DNA of 64,000 bases, from assembly GCA_951406725.2 (NCBI GenBank), contig OX597818.1, positions 116,684,001-116,748,000 on the forward strand, read 5' to 3'. The position numbers and the translations under genes were made by a program. Below are positions 1 through 11,055 of the stretch, one piece after another. The notes below the pieces were generated by a model, which was not told where the DNA came from, did not search any database, and saw nothing but the letters and a program-made list of their open reading frames with translations. Position 1 is the stretch's first letter; every line of letters starts with the position of its first letter. Source of the stretch: Octopus vulgaris (lineage: Eukaryota).

Positions 1-112
1 TGGTATGCATGGGCGACTGCTGGTCTTCCATAAACAACCTAGCCCGGACTTGTACCTGGGTGGGTAACTTTCTAGGTGAAATCCCATGGTCAGTCATGAC
101 CGAAGGGGGGTC
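1..112 (+). mobile_element. 3' part of a tRNA-derived SINE (family C), cut by the window edge
   Basis: Matches 23616-23728 (tggtatgc..gggc.actg..cttccataaacaac..gtcatgaccgaaggggg.tctca), the tail of a SINE with a tRNA-like head at 23398. Confidence 0.75.
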
Positions 113-699
113 TCAAATGGCAAAATATTTAGCTCTCATTCATCATTTACTATTTTGAAAGAAAAGTCAGAAACAAAATTCCTCCAATTGTGCTAAACAT
201 AAGGTAAACCGTCCATCTAATGCATAATTAGGAAGAGATTCCAACACATGATTTTAATAAAAGAATACTTTATTCATTATTATTTGAAACTCGTGTTTAT
301 CACTTAACAAATTCTAGAAATTGACACAGGTCAATATTATTGATATTTACACCTCTGTTAATAGTCATTTTGTTTTACTTAAAGCCAAAGACATCTTACA
401 TTTCGTTGGAACTTAAGCTGATATGCTTTTAAGAAAATAGTCAACGTTTTAGCGATTCAAAATAGCTAAAAATAATCCAAAAAAGTTACTAATTGACACT
501 TATGAGAATATGTTGTCCTGAACTATGAAATAATTTGCCCTACCTGTTTTACATATTGTTATATAATGAAATTCATGGCTTAAACGAATGGTTTTTATGG
601 AGATAAATACCAAATTATTAGATATCCTAAGAAAATATCTCACAAAATTACATATACTTTTTATGATTACGATCGTTACAAACACCGAGCTGGAAAAAT

Positions 700-1300
700 C
701 GTTAAAACGACGGACAAAACGCTTAGACAACCACCTAAACGATTTCAGATCAGCATAAGGATTACCATCACCCCATTCGAATTCAACCAGAGAACATAGA
801 AACACTTGCTTCGGATCGAGCTGAATGGCGAACAAAAGCGTGGAGTGGAGTGAAAGCGTTTGAAGAGGCCGGGATAGCGTATGCAAGACGCAAGCGAGAT
901 TAGAAGAATGTTACGATCGAAAGGCGAATCACCATGACCTTTTGCTCTGCACAGTTTGTGACAGACCACGCATTTCTTTTGCTGAGCTCGCCTCTCATTT
1001 GAGGACCGATGAAAAACGAACCTCCATCAACTATTATTTTCTATATATCTGTGAACACCTTTCAATGTCCTGTATGCAACAAGGTCTGCAAATCTAACGT
1101 AGGCCTCAAGAGACATTTTAAGGTCCACAAAGATCAGAACTTAACTGCAGCACTTGGTGGTCGAAATCGGATATGCAATCTGTATGGTTCTTTTCAAAAT
1201 ATTGTCTGGTTTAAAAAGCCACATCAAACGCCAGACGCCATGATATCTAAGGTTTAGGTACAAGAGATGGGCAGATTCTGCATAAAGAGTAGACAACCAC
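700..1300 (+). mobile_element. Decayed 3' end of an RTE/RTE-X-like LINE with C-terminal C2H2 zinc fingers
   Basis: Plus-strand translation ETLASDRAEWRTKAWSGVKAFEEAGIAYARRKR, then FQCPVCNKVCKSNVGLKRHFKVH (ORF 1009-1257) and a broken second finger; ends at a (TA)n tract. Confidence 0.7.
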
Positions 1301-1324
1301 CATATATATATATATATATATATG

Positions 1325-1600
1325 TTTACCTTTTACTTGTTTTTGTCATGAGATTGTGGCCATGCTGGGACATCGCTTGAAGAATATTTAGTGGTATAAA
1401 TTGACCACAGTACTTATTTTTTTCAACCTGGAACTTATTCTATAGATCTCTTCAGTCGAATCGACACTTTACCGGGACGGAAACACATCATCTTCGGTTG
1501 CCAAGCGGTGGAGGAGGACAAACATAGACACGCAGACACGGACGCACACACAAACGCATACACACACAGATATATATGACGGGCTTCTATCAGTTTCTGA
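1325..1600 (-). mobile_element. SINE family B fragment
   Basis: Reverse complement of the family B tail (..cagcatggccacaatc..acaagtaaaa) and the gaagcccgtc box. Confidence 0.7.
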
Positions 1601-1660
1601 AAGTTAATTATATATATATATATATGTGTGTATGTATGTGTGAGTATATGCATATATATA

Positions 1661-1713
<53 letters not shown>

Positions 1714-1719
1714 CTGTTG

Positions 1720-1752
<33 letters not shown>

Positions 1753-1851
1753 CTCTATGTAATTCTTTCTCTCTCTCTCTCTCTCTCTCATAATATATAT
1801 TATATATATATTATATATTATATATTGTTCTTTTTATTATATATATAAATA

Positions 1852-1929
<78 letters not shown>

Positions 1930-2705
1930 ATCACATATGTTCCGAATACAGGTATTTGTGCTTATCACATATATAAACGAAATCGATGGTCCTCTGTTAT
2001 TATATGTTTCAGTTGAAAAGACTACTCTTACAATTTCCTAGAAGCTTCTATGAAGTCGAATCTGTAAAAATAAACGAAGAGAGAAATTGATTTATCATTT
2101 ACAAAAGAAACTTATCATTGTCGCAGGAATGAATTGATTTCGAGATAAAGGGTCGGTCAAGGCATTCATTTGAAAGTAAATTACAAATATATTACATGCG
2201 ATCGTCAGGCATGTGTTTGCGTACAATATTGAATGTTGCATGTATTTTATGAATTAAATATCCTTACAGCGTATGCATCCTATTCTTTCGTTTTAAAGTG
2301 ATCAAAGGTTTACTCGTTATGTAAATGACATGTTTTTAAACGCTTAATGCGCCACTCCTAGATAGCAGTTTAAAATTGCTTGCATTTGCATATGAATAGG
2401 ATTTTTTTTATTTCCATAATAATGTTTCTGCTAAACACAACAGGATATTTTTGTTTGAGGAAAATTTTGTTTGGGTGTCTCTCCTCCTAATACTACATGT
2501 ACACACATGCAAAGATGCTTACATACACACATGTAGAGGCATGCATGTACACATGCACAGATATCCGTGTTGTATGGAATAGTTTTTCATACGCATTCTA
2601 GAAGCTAATGTACTTGCAAAATATGACACACGGGTTGGCTGAATTTGAAACCACACAGTGTAGACACACACACTTTAACCACATGATAGTATGTGATAAA
2701 AATTA

Positions 2706-2921
2706 GGGCGGCGAGCTGGCAGAAACGTTAGCACGCCGGGCGAAATGCGTAGCCGTATTTCGTTTGCCGTTACGCTCTGAGTTCAAATTCCGCCGAGGTC
2801 GACTTTGCCTTTCATCCTTTCGGGGTCGATTAAATAAGTACCAGTTACGCACTGAGGTCGATGTGTGTCTGTCCTTGTTTGTCCCCTCTGTGTTTAGCCC
2901 CTTGTGGGTAGTAAAGAAATA
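2706..2921 (+). mobile_element. tRNA-derived SINE family A with 16-bp target-site duplication
   Basis: ggcggcgagctggcagaaacgttagc head, B-box gagttcaaattcc, central gcctttcatcctttcggggtcgat..agtaccag; TSD agtatgtgataaaaat at 2688-2703 and 2922-2937. Confidence 0.9.
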
Positions 2922-3139
2922 AGTATGTGATAAAAATGTTTTTCTAGTTCTGGCACAAGGCCAGCAATTGTGTGTTGAGGTAGTACAGATTTCCGCGTTG
3001 TATGGAATCGTTTTCCATACCCATTGTGTTTCCTCTAGAAACTAATGTACTTGTAAAATATGACACACGGGCTGGGTGAATTTGAAACCACACTATAGAC
3101 TCAAACACTTTAACCACATAATAATATGTGATAAAATTT

Positions 3140-4105
3140 TATTCTAATTCTGGCACAAGGCCAGCAATTTTGTGTTGAGGTAGCATTCGTTTGCACCGTC
3201 ATCACTTGGCAACTACATTATTTTGCCAACCAAATAAAGCAAAGTTAACAAGAGCAGAATTTAAATTTAAAACGTAATGGACCAGAAGTAATTACCGCTA
3301 AGTATTTTGGCCGATGTGCTAATGGTTCTAACAGCTAATCACTTTGCACGTCTGACGTAATATTAGTTTCGTAGATTTGTACAAAGTCATCAGTTTCGGA
3401 AGAGAGGATAAATTGATTACCATTACTTCACCACTCAGTTTGTATCTATTTAATTCCGAAAGGATGAAAGGCAATGTCGACCTCAGCGGAATTTGAGCTG
3501 AGAACGTAAAGGGATGCAAACGGTTCTGCCACCCGGTCACTTTACATGTCTACCATGATACTGATTTTGGCACAAACTTTTACACAAGGACAGCAAGATC
3601 AAGAAGGTGGTGAATAGATTACATCGACCCCTGTGCTCAACTGGTTCTTATTTCATCGACCCCGAAATGATAAACGGCAAATTCGACCTTGGTGGCATTT
3701 GAACTCAGAATGTAACGACGGACGAAATGCCACTAAAAATTTTGTCCGGCGTGCTAACAATTCCGCCAGCTCGTCGCCTCCTTGCCTGACATAATATCGG
3801 TTTCAAATTTTGTTGGTACAAGGCCACCAGTATTTCACTGGTACTTATTTTATCGACCCCGAAAGAATAAAAGGCAAAGCCGGCCTCAGCAGAACTTGAA
3901 CTCAGAACCTAAAAACGGATGAAATGTCGGCGTGATAACGATTCTGTCAGTTTGTAAGCGTGACATATATTCTTTTCTCCTCTAGGCACAAGCTCCGAAA
4001 TTTTGGGGGATGAAAACCAGTCGATTAGATCGACCCCAGTATGCAACTGCTTCTTAATTTATCGACCCCCGAATGGATGAAAAGCAAAGTCGAGCTCGCC
4101 GCCTT
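3140..4105 (-). mobile_element. Cluster of diverged SINE family A copies
   Basis: Repeated atcgaccccgaaa.gat.aaaggcaaa.tcgacct..gcgga.tttgaactcagaa motifs at about 3240, 3460, 3655, 3850 and 4060. Confidence 0.8.
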
Positions 4106-4794
4106 AAGGTGTGACATAGATTGACTGTAATATATTGTTTAGTTTCTCGAGAAAATAGCCATCTGCACTTAAGATATTTCAGATATAATACTTTTACTTT
4201 AGATACGGGAAAAGCTTGAATATTGTTTTCAACCAAGTATTCCTGATGAAACAGACCTACCTTTACAAGCCATGACTATCTCTTTGTATATTCACTTAGC
4301 TTTTCTATATACTAATTCATTTAGTAGTAACACCCGCGCTATTTCTGTGTCTCATTTAACAATGCACTCGGATCAATTGATTTCCTTACATATACTTGCG
4401 CTATTGGCGCTATTGTTCAACTATTTTGAATATTTTCTCTATCCTCAACGTTCTCACCTTCATCTCCATTATCATAATGATAGTCTCTATCAATATTATT
4501 GATGACAACTTGTGTTCTTTTTGAAGTAGTATTCTGTGAACAGTTGAAGATTCAATGATTCAAAAATTAAGGAGTTCCTTTAAAAGAATGAAATTCTGTT
4601 CGTTTGGAAATGCAAATCATGGATGTTTCAACAATATAAATATGCGAACGAATTGTTGTGAACGAATTGCGATTCAAAATCAGATTCACACTTCTTATGG
4701 TAACACACTCGTCTTTCTTATCCCTTTATTGCATTACAATTACGAAAATTTCCTCTGCATAGCATTCCGATCACACATTTTAAAGGAGTAAACT

Positions 4795-5200
4795 AGGCGT
4801 AGGAGTGGCTGTGTGGTAAGCAGGTTGCTTATGAACTACGTAGTTCCGGGTTCAGTCCCACTGCGTGGCACATTGGGAAAGTGACTTCTACTAAAGCATC
4901 AGGCCGACCAAAGCGTTGTGAATGGATTTGGTAGACGAAAACTGAAAGTAGATCATCGTATATATATATATGTATATGTATATATATCTGTGTGTGTGTT
5001 TGTGTGTCTGTGTTTGTCCCCCCAACATCACTCGACAACCGTTGTGTTTACGTCCCCGTAACCTAACGGTTCGGCATAAGTGACCGATAGAATAAGTACT
5101 AGGCTTACAAAGAATAAGTCCTGGTGTCGATTTGCTCGATTATAGGCGGTGCTCCCGCATGGTCGCATTCAAATGACTGAAACAAATAAAAGAGTAAGAG
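4795..5200 (+). mobile_element. Full-length SINE family B
   Basis: ggcgtaggagtggctgtgtggtaag head, B-box-like gggttcagtccc, internal (TA)/(TG) tract, tail aaatgactgaaacaaataaaagagtaagag. Confidence 0.85.
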
Positions 5201-5240
5201 TATATATATATATATATATATATATATGCATATGTATATA

Positions 5241-5960
5241 TCAGGTTATCCCATAAGTTCTATCTGAATTTGGAGTAAAGAAAACAAGTGATCAAATGTT
5301 ATACTTAATCGAAATTTAATCATCAATGTATTTTCCCTGATTATCTATGATTTCCTTCCATCTATTTACAAGCTTTTTAATCCCATCAATGTAAAACTCT
5401 TTTGGTTTCAAAGCTATGAACTCTGAGCTGTTAGTTTCGACTTCCTGGCTTGTGACGGTTAAGTACCCCAAATGATTCTGTAAACTACGAAACAAATAGT
5501 AGTCTGAAGGAGCAAGATTGGAGAGGATGAGGAATTTTTTCCCAACCAAGCTCTTCGATCTTGTGTGATGTGATCTTTGCAGTGTGGGGTCGTGCATTGT
5601 CCTGATGAATCATCACTCCTATTTGATTTACTAAAGCGGCTCCTTTTTTCTTCAAGACTTGGTTCAAATGCTCTAATTGTTGACAGTAGACTGGAGCATT
5701 GATTGTTGCATTAGGTGGTAACAATTCAAAGTGAATTACTCTTTTGCAATCCCACCAGATAGAGAGAAAAACCTTTTCCCCATGAAGGTCTCTTCTCGGT
5801 TATGGATGAGCGTTTTCCTTTTTACCAAGCCACTGTTTACGACGTTTAACATTTCGATAGAAGATCGATTTTTCGTCACCAGTTACAAGTCTATCGAAAA
5901 CGGGTGAAATGAGTTCACGAGAATGGAGAGAAGAGCAGATGACAACTCGGGATTTGCGGT
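5241..5960 (-). mobile_element. Mariner (SETMAR-like DD34D) transposase pseudogene with 3' TIR
   Basis: Frames read LVTGDEK, MIHQDNARPHTAKIT, LAPSDYYLFRSLQNHL, FYIDGIKKLVNRWKEIIDNQGKY; TIR-like tcaggttatcccataagtt after TA at 5239-5240. Confidence 0.9.
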
Positions 5961-6355
5961 TGTGTATATGTGTGTGTGTGTGTTTGTGCAGGTGTGTCTT
6001 TGTGTGTGTTTTCGTGTGTGTCTGTACACACACACACACATACACACACATATATATATATAAATTTATGTAAATAAGGATAAGATTGTTATTTAAAATA
6101 CCGATCTTATCAAGTGACTAGCATTGGAATAAAAACCTCATAGATAATAATAATTATTAAAATTACAATTAGGGTATCTAAAAGATACCATCATGTTAGA
6201 GATAGCAATCAAATCTTGATTCTAAAACCACATCAAAAATGATTGGAATATATATATAAGTTCAGTAAAAATTTAGATTCATTTGAATATGGTACTTAAG
6301 TTAAAGGCACCAGAATTTGGTATGGTATTATCTATATAATTCAAAATGGGGTGAT

Positions 6356-6431
6356 TATAATCAAAATAAGCAACAAGGATATCCAGAGGTAATGCAGCAT
6401 TACCTCTGGATATCCTTGTTGCTTATTTTGG

Positions 6432-6436
<5 letters not shown>
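6356..6436. repeat. Near-perfect palindrome (34-bp perfect arms, 1-nt loop)
   Basis: caaaataagcaacaaggatatccagaggtaatgc (6362-6395), a, exact reverse complement (6397-6430), running into (TA)n. Confidence 0.95.
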
Positions 6437-6489
<53 letters not shown>

Positions 6490-6570
6490 GTACTTACTCA
6501 TTCTCGAATTTGATGGTTCATATAGCAGGACGTAAACCGACTCAAGAAATCTCTAGTGAAACATTTTATT

Positions 6571-6616
6571 GATGTACCTGAAGAGACCCATAACGGGTCG
6601 AAACATGTGTTGCATC
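6571..6616 (+). ncRNA. Type I hammerhead-like motif, degenerate cleavage site
   Basis: gatgtac-CTGAAGA-gaccc(ataac)gggtc-GAAA-CATGT-g-ttgcatc; perfect stem II, palindromic ACATGT stem III, AATAAA at 6618. Confidence 0.7.
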
Positions 6617-6993
6617 CAATAAAGTCTATTACACATTCCATCTCCCATTTTATTAATTCTTTTACCCCAAACCGCCAATACGAAGTTCCTGCATTAAGTA
6701 TACGGATAACAACAGGTAATAGAAACTGTGCCGGTGCTTTACTTATCGTCTCTTTATACATTTTGTATAATTTCTCCATTATTATATATATATGGCAGCC
6801 TCTATCCATACGCACACACTCACACACTCTCACATACACAAGCACACGCACGTTCGTTTTTGTATCACCAATACTTTAATATTTCTCTTCTTCCTATCTC
6901 TCATATCTAAACCCCTCTCTCCATCCAGCCGCCATGATTGAACGCTAGGTCCAAAAGATATTTTATTCTGTGTCCCTTTATTTCCGCGTGTTG

Positions 6994-7029
6994 CTTTCTG
7001 TTGAAGAGCGTAGGCTCGAAATGTAAAAG
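6994..7029 (+). ncRNA. Minimal hammerhead-like motif, CUGUUGA-core family, in a repeat ending at (TA)n
   Basis: cttt-CTGTTGA-A-gagc(gtag)gctc-GAAA-TGT-A-aaag; the surrounding repeat (about 6965-7140) is homologous to 47230-47400 and 48210-48430. Confidence 0.55.
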
Positions 7030-8725
7030 ACTTTCTCACCTTCCCTAGCACTAAACTTATACAGCTGTTTGTTGTTTATACATCTATCTTCGTCTTTTCT
7101 TTTTCTGTAAGTTTCAATTATATGAAAACTTCTGGTATATATATATATATATACACCAACATTATCGCACATGAACTGGCTATCAACAGAATTTAAGTTA
7201 TACTGTGTATTGAATTATAAGTATTAACGTTGGACGTGTATGGCACAAGAATCAGAAAATATCACAATATGCTTTACATTAATAACGATATAATAACTTT
7301 AAAGATACTATAAATTGTTACATGTGTTTTAAATTGGCTCCATCACTAGCATGATTCAATTGATGCGGTTTCAATTCGGTCTAAAATGCAATTACTCTCC
7401 ACAATTTGCATTTTATTACAACATTATGTAAGCGAAAGCAAGTGAGGGAGCGAAAGAGAAAGATAGAGATAGAAAGAGAGTATATTTGTGAGAAAGATGG
7501 AAGAAAGAGAGTGAGAGGGATAGAAGTTTTCATATGCTTCTTATTTATTCTTTAACAGTTAACTTTATTCCACACTAATTTTGTTTTAGTCTCTTCTCGT
7601 TTGTCAGGCTAACAGCTACCGTCGTCAGTATAGCTTTATGCTTGGTAACATAATCGCATCCTGCCAATATTCTGTACACTGATCAAAATAATTGACCGAC
7701 TCCAATTTCACTTTCTCTCATACCAACGAAACATCTGTTATAAATTTAAATTTTCACTTTTTCAAATTCCTTCTGCCTTGTATTATTTTATAATCGACCT
7801 CAGCAAATCTATGCTGAAACATGATTTTCTGTAATCAATAAGCACTTAACGTCACAAACGTCTGTTATTATACACCTAAAACTCTATAGTTTCTACATGA
7901 TTGTATACTTTATTTTCTCCATTGTAGAGTCCACCATGATTATTTCAGTGCATTATTACTTACAGCTCACCAACTATAATTCCTTTATGATCAAATCTTA
8001 CACATTTACTACATTATTCACGGCATCGTCCATTTGACTGGAAAAAGATATGCTTCTCATTAAGATATTTCCTATCTGGAGATTATTGGTCCACATAACG
8101 TATTTAATTTTTCTGCTTCTTTGTGTGTGTCATATAACCGCTGGGTGCATATTTCTTTGTCAAATACGACTGAAGATTATATGCTTTCTGAGCAGAATAT
8201 ATTTTAAGAAACCATTTGAATAATTTCAACCACCTTCTTATGGGTCGGTTTTACTAATGGGAAGATGTGCGTCTTCCATACGAGTGAATCTGCTCAGGTT
8301 TTCTCTAATAGCTCTATTTTGATTAGAGTTTTCCTTTCATGCTTCTGAAATTCGTATATGATATATTGTTCACATTTGTTCTCGAGTTCATATTATAATA
8401 TATGATGAAGAGCAATTGTTCGAATTCTAAAATTAGTGTTACCCAAACAAGAAGCCCGTTCATTTTGTTTACTTCGTCATCAGCAATTCAAATCCTTCTG
8501 AGTCTATACCGGAATTGTTACATCTCCTTACTTCATTTGCCGACTGCCTCATTTGCGAAAGGTTATGAGTAGATAAGTAATGAAGTAATTAAAATGATAT
8601 CATGTCAAGGGATCTCTAAGATCGTAAAAGCTTAGTGGGTTCAAAAACATCTCAGATACAGTCAAGCGTAAAAAACGATAAAAAAGATTATGCGGAAAAT
8701 GTTGCTGAACAGAAAGCGCCATGTA

Positions 8726-9270
8726 TTGGGTTGTCCGGAAAGTTCGTGCCGATTTTTAAAGGAAAGAAAAAGATCACTAAATACTTGCCATTACATTTTT
8801 AATCAACCAAATATAAACCATTTTGTTGAACAATGCGTCTCCATCTTTCCTTTAAATTGAAAATACCCTCTTCCCAGAATTAAGGCGTTTTCATGGCAAA
8901 GATTTCATCAAGATATCTTTTTACGTCATCCAAGGAATTGAATATTTTACCATTAAGACTATTCTGCAGAATAAGTGGAAATCCGAAGGAGCAATATCTG
9001 GTAGATATCGAGGGTGGGGTAACACATGCCAGCCGAGCTGTAGCAATTTTTGTCTGGTTCCCAAAGCATCAATTGCTGAAAACGAACTTTCTTATCTTCC
9101 ATTTTAAAGGGTTACAGAATTAACACAGATTATAGGAATATAAACTTTCTTCCACGAAAAGATAGCTTAAACTGTGCTGTAAATGGAGGTGTAGTCAAAT
9201 CCTATTTTATGGACATAACCATGTTCTAAAATAAGTCGAAAGGTAAACACAAAATTTCCGGACAACTCAA
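8726..9270 (-). mobile_element. Internally deleted mariner element with both TIRs and TA TSD
   Basis: TA-ttgggttgtccggaaagttcgtg ... cacaaaatttccggacaactcaa-TA; the interior retains decayed C-terminal mariner coding sequence. Confidence 0.85.
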
Positions 9271-11055
9271 TATTTGTAAAGTTATTTTCATTGTTATCAA
9301 CTGTCATTATGAATTTATTAATAACGTTAGAGTCAGAAATTTAAATGTGTTTTTTTTTTCATGTTCTCTATTGGATGTAGCAAAAGCGTGGTGTCGAACT
9401 GAAACTAGTTTTGACCAATGACACTAATAATGTTGTCTAAAGGTAGATACAAACATATAACAAACAAAACTACTACGTTTAAATTGAATCACGCCATCGT
9501 CTGCTTTGAAATTAGCAAATACTTTATCATCACGATGCAACAAGACAGAGCGCTGGGCTCTGTGTAGGCGGACAGTATTAAATAACTTGTCAGAAAATAT
9601 AAGGACAACTCAGTTGGCGACTTTGCGCTGTGAGTAAGCGTTTAAATATGTCAAGTCTGTTTGCTTTCTATGTCTTAATTGTTTTTTGTTTTGTATTCGT
9701 TACTCATGTGATGGTATATCGGTTTGAAATATTCTATTACATTGTCAACAATTATATATGTTGAGCAGGTATCGTCTTAGGTTAGCTAGTGCTTTGTGAA
9801 CTAAAGTTACATTTAGATCGAAACAAAATATTGTCGTGTTTCTGCATTTGGGTGGAGAGGATCTCTAAAATATCTGAATAAAGTGAAATATTTCGCTCGA
9901 ATTCTCGCAGGAATTTTTGTTATATTCAGAAATCTTCAAATATAAAGAATTGAACTCATCATTTTCATATTATTTTTTCCCTGATGCCGCGTTTTATACG
10001 CCCATATTTCATAATTTTTATGTTACACATTAGAAATACATATTTCTCTTTTCAATATTTGTTTTTCTTTTTCATTTGTTCTTATTGATGATATTTTTTT
10101 CTCATTTTGAATCCACTTGGTAACTACTTCACTATTGTAACCACGGAGAGCCAAACCATCGGCCATTATGCAATCCATTGCAACCGTTGTATTAGATAAT
10201 TGTTATAAATATTTCCTGCAAAGTTACACTTGAAAGTTTGGGTACATTTTCTATTTGGTTCGAGATATTTTCATCACTATTATTGGAAATATTTGGCGAG
10301 CGTGACGACAGCAGAATCGTTAGAGGGTTTGAAAAAAATGCATTCTCGCCATGGTCACTTTCACTTTTAAGGCCACCCTTCCCTCAAAAACTGCTGGACT
10401 TCATTGTTTTATATACCTTTGAATATGGCTTCCACGAAACAATCTAGTAAGCTATGCAAAGCTTGTTTTGTCTATATTTGCATTTGCACATGCAGAGGAA
10501 CATATATTAAAAAATAGTTACATACGCATAATCTCACTGCTACATATCCACATATACATATCCACATATATCTCCATTAATTGTATATCCTGATTGATGT
10601 GCTAAAAATATACTCACACACGCACTTACGTATACATAACATTCTATATATGTGTGTGTAAGCATAATCAGCTGAAATTGCGAGGATAATCTTGACTGAG
10701 GAAAGAAAACTTCGAATGACCCGTCCTTGTTTTCTTTGTATCGTCTATCTGGATATTTTGTTGTCCCGTTTTGTATTATATATATATATATATTTCGTTT
10801 TTGGATTTGGTTTGCAAGATTCTTTATATGAGTTCGTTTGTTGAACCATATTCTGTTGTGTCTGGGTTGGGTCATTTTCTTTTGGGGGCTTATAATGTAA
10901 CACACTCACCGGTAAAATATAAGGCACAAAAAGAAAATGACTCTCCCGAGACACAACAGTATATATATATAAAATATCATATTGTATAAAATTGTATTAT
11001 ATTATAATTTATATTTATGCAATATTTAATACGGTTTTCTTTTATATATTTTTAG

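Noticed and set aside
1009-1257. Host C2H2 zinc-finger gene
   Set aside because: Contiguous with RTE-like C-terminal sequence, frameshifted, and ends in a retroelement-type tail.
7386-7650. Alternative signal-peptide exons (MQLLSTICILL.., LTATVVSIALCL)
   Set aside because: Splice phases are incompatible with the phase-1 acceptor, and the adjoining 7560-8700 region looks like decayed minus-strand LINE sequence.
10688-10730. Hammerhead at CTGAGGA-aag..ctt-cGAAT
   Set aside because: GAAA and the cleavage triplet are missing, and the homologue at 59050 does not keep the stems; treated as a dispersed repeat only.
10992-11055. Hydrophobic N-terminus [21 protein letters not shown] as a signal peptide
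   Set aside because: Starts at TTG and is the translated AT-rich intron end / polypyrimidine tract before the tttag acceptor.
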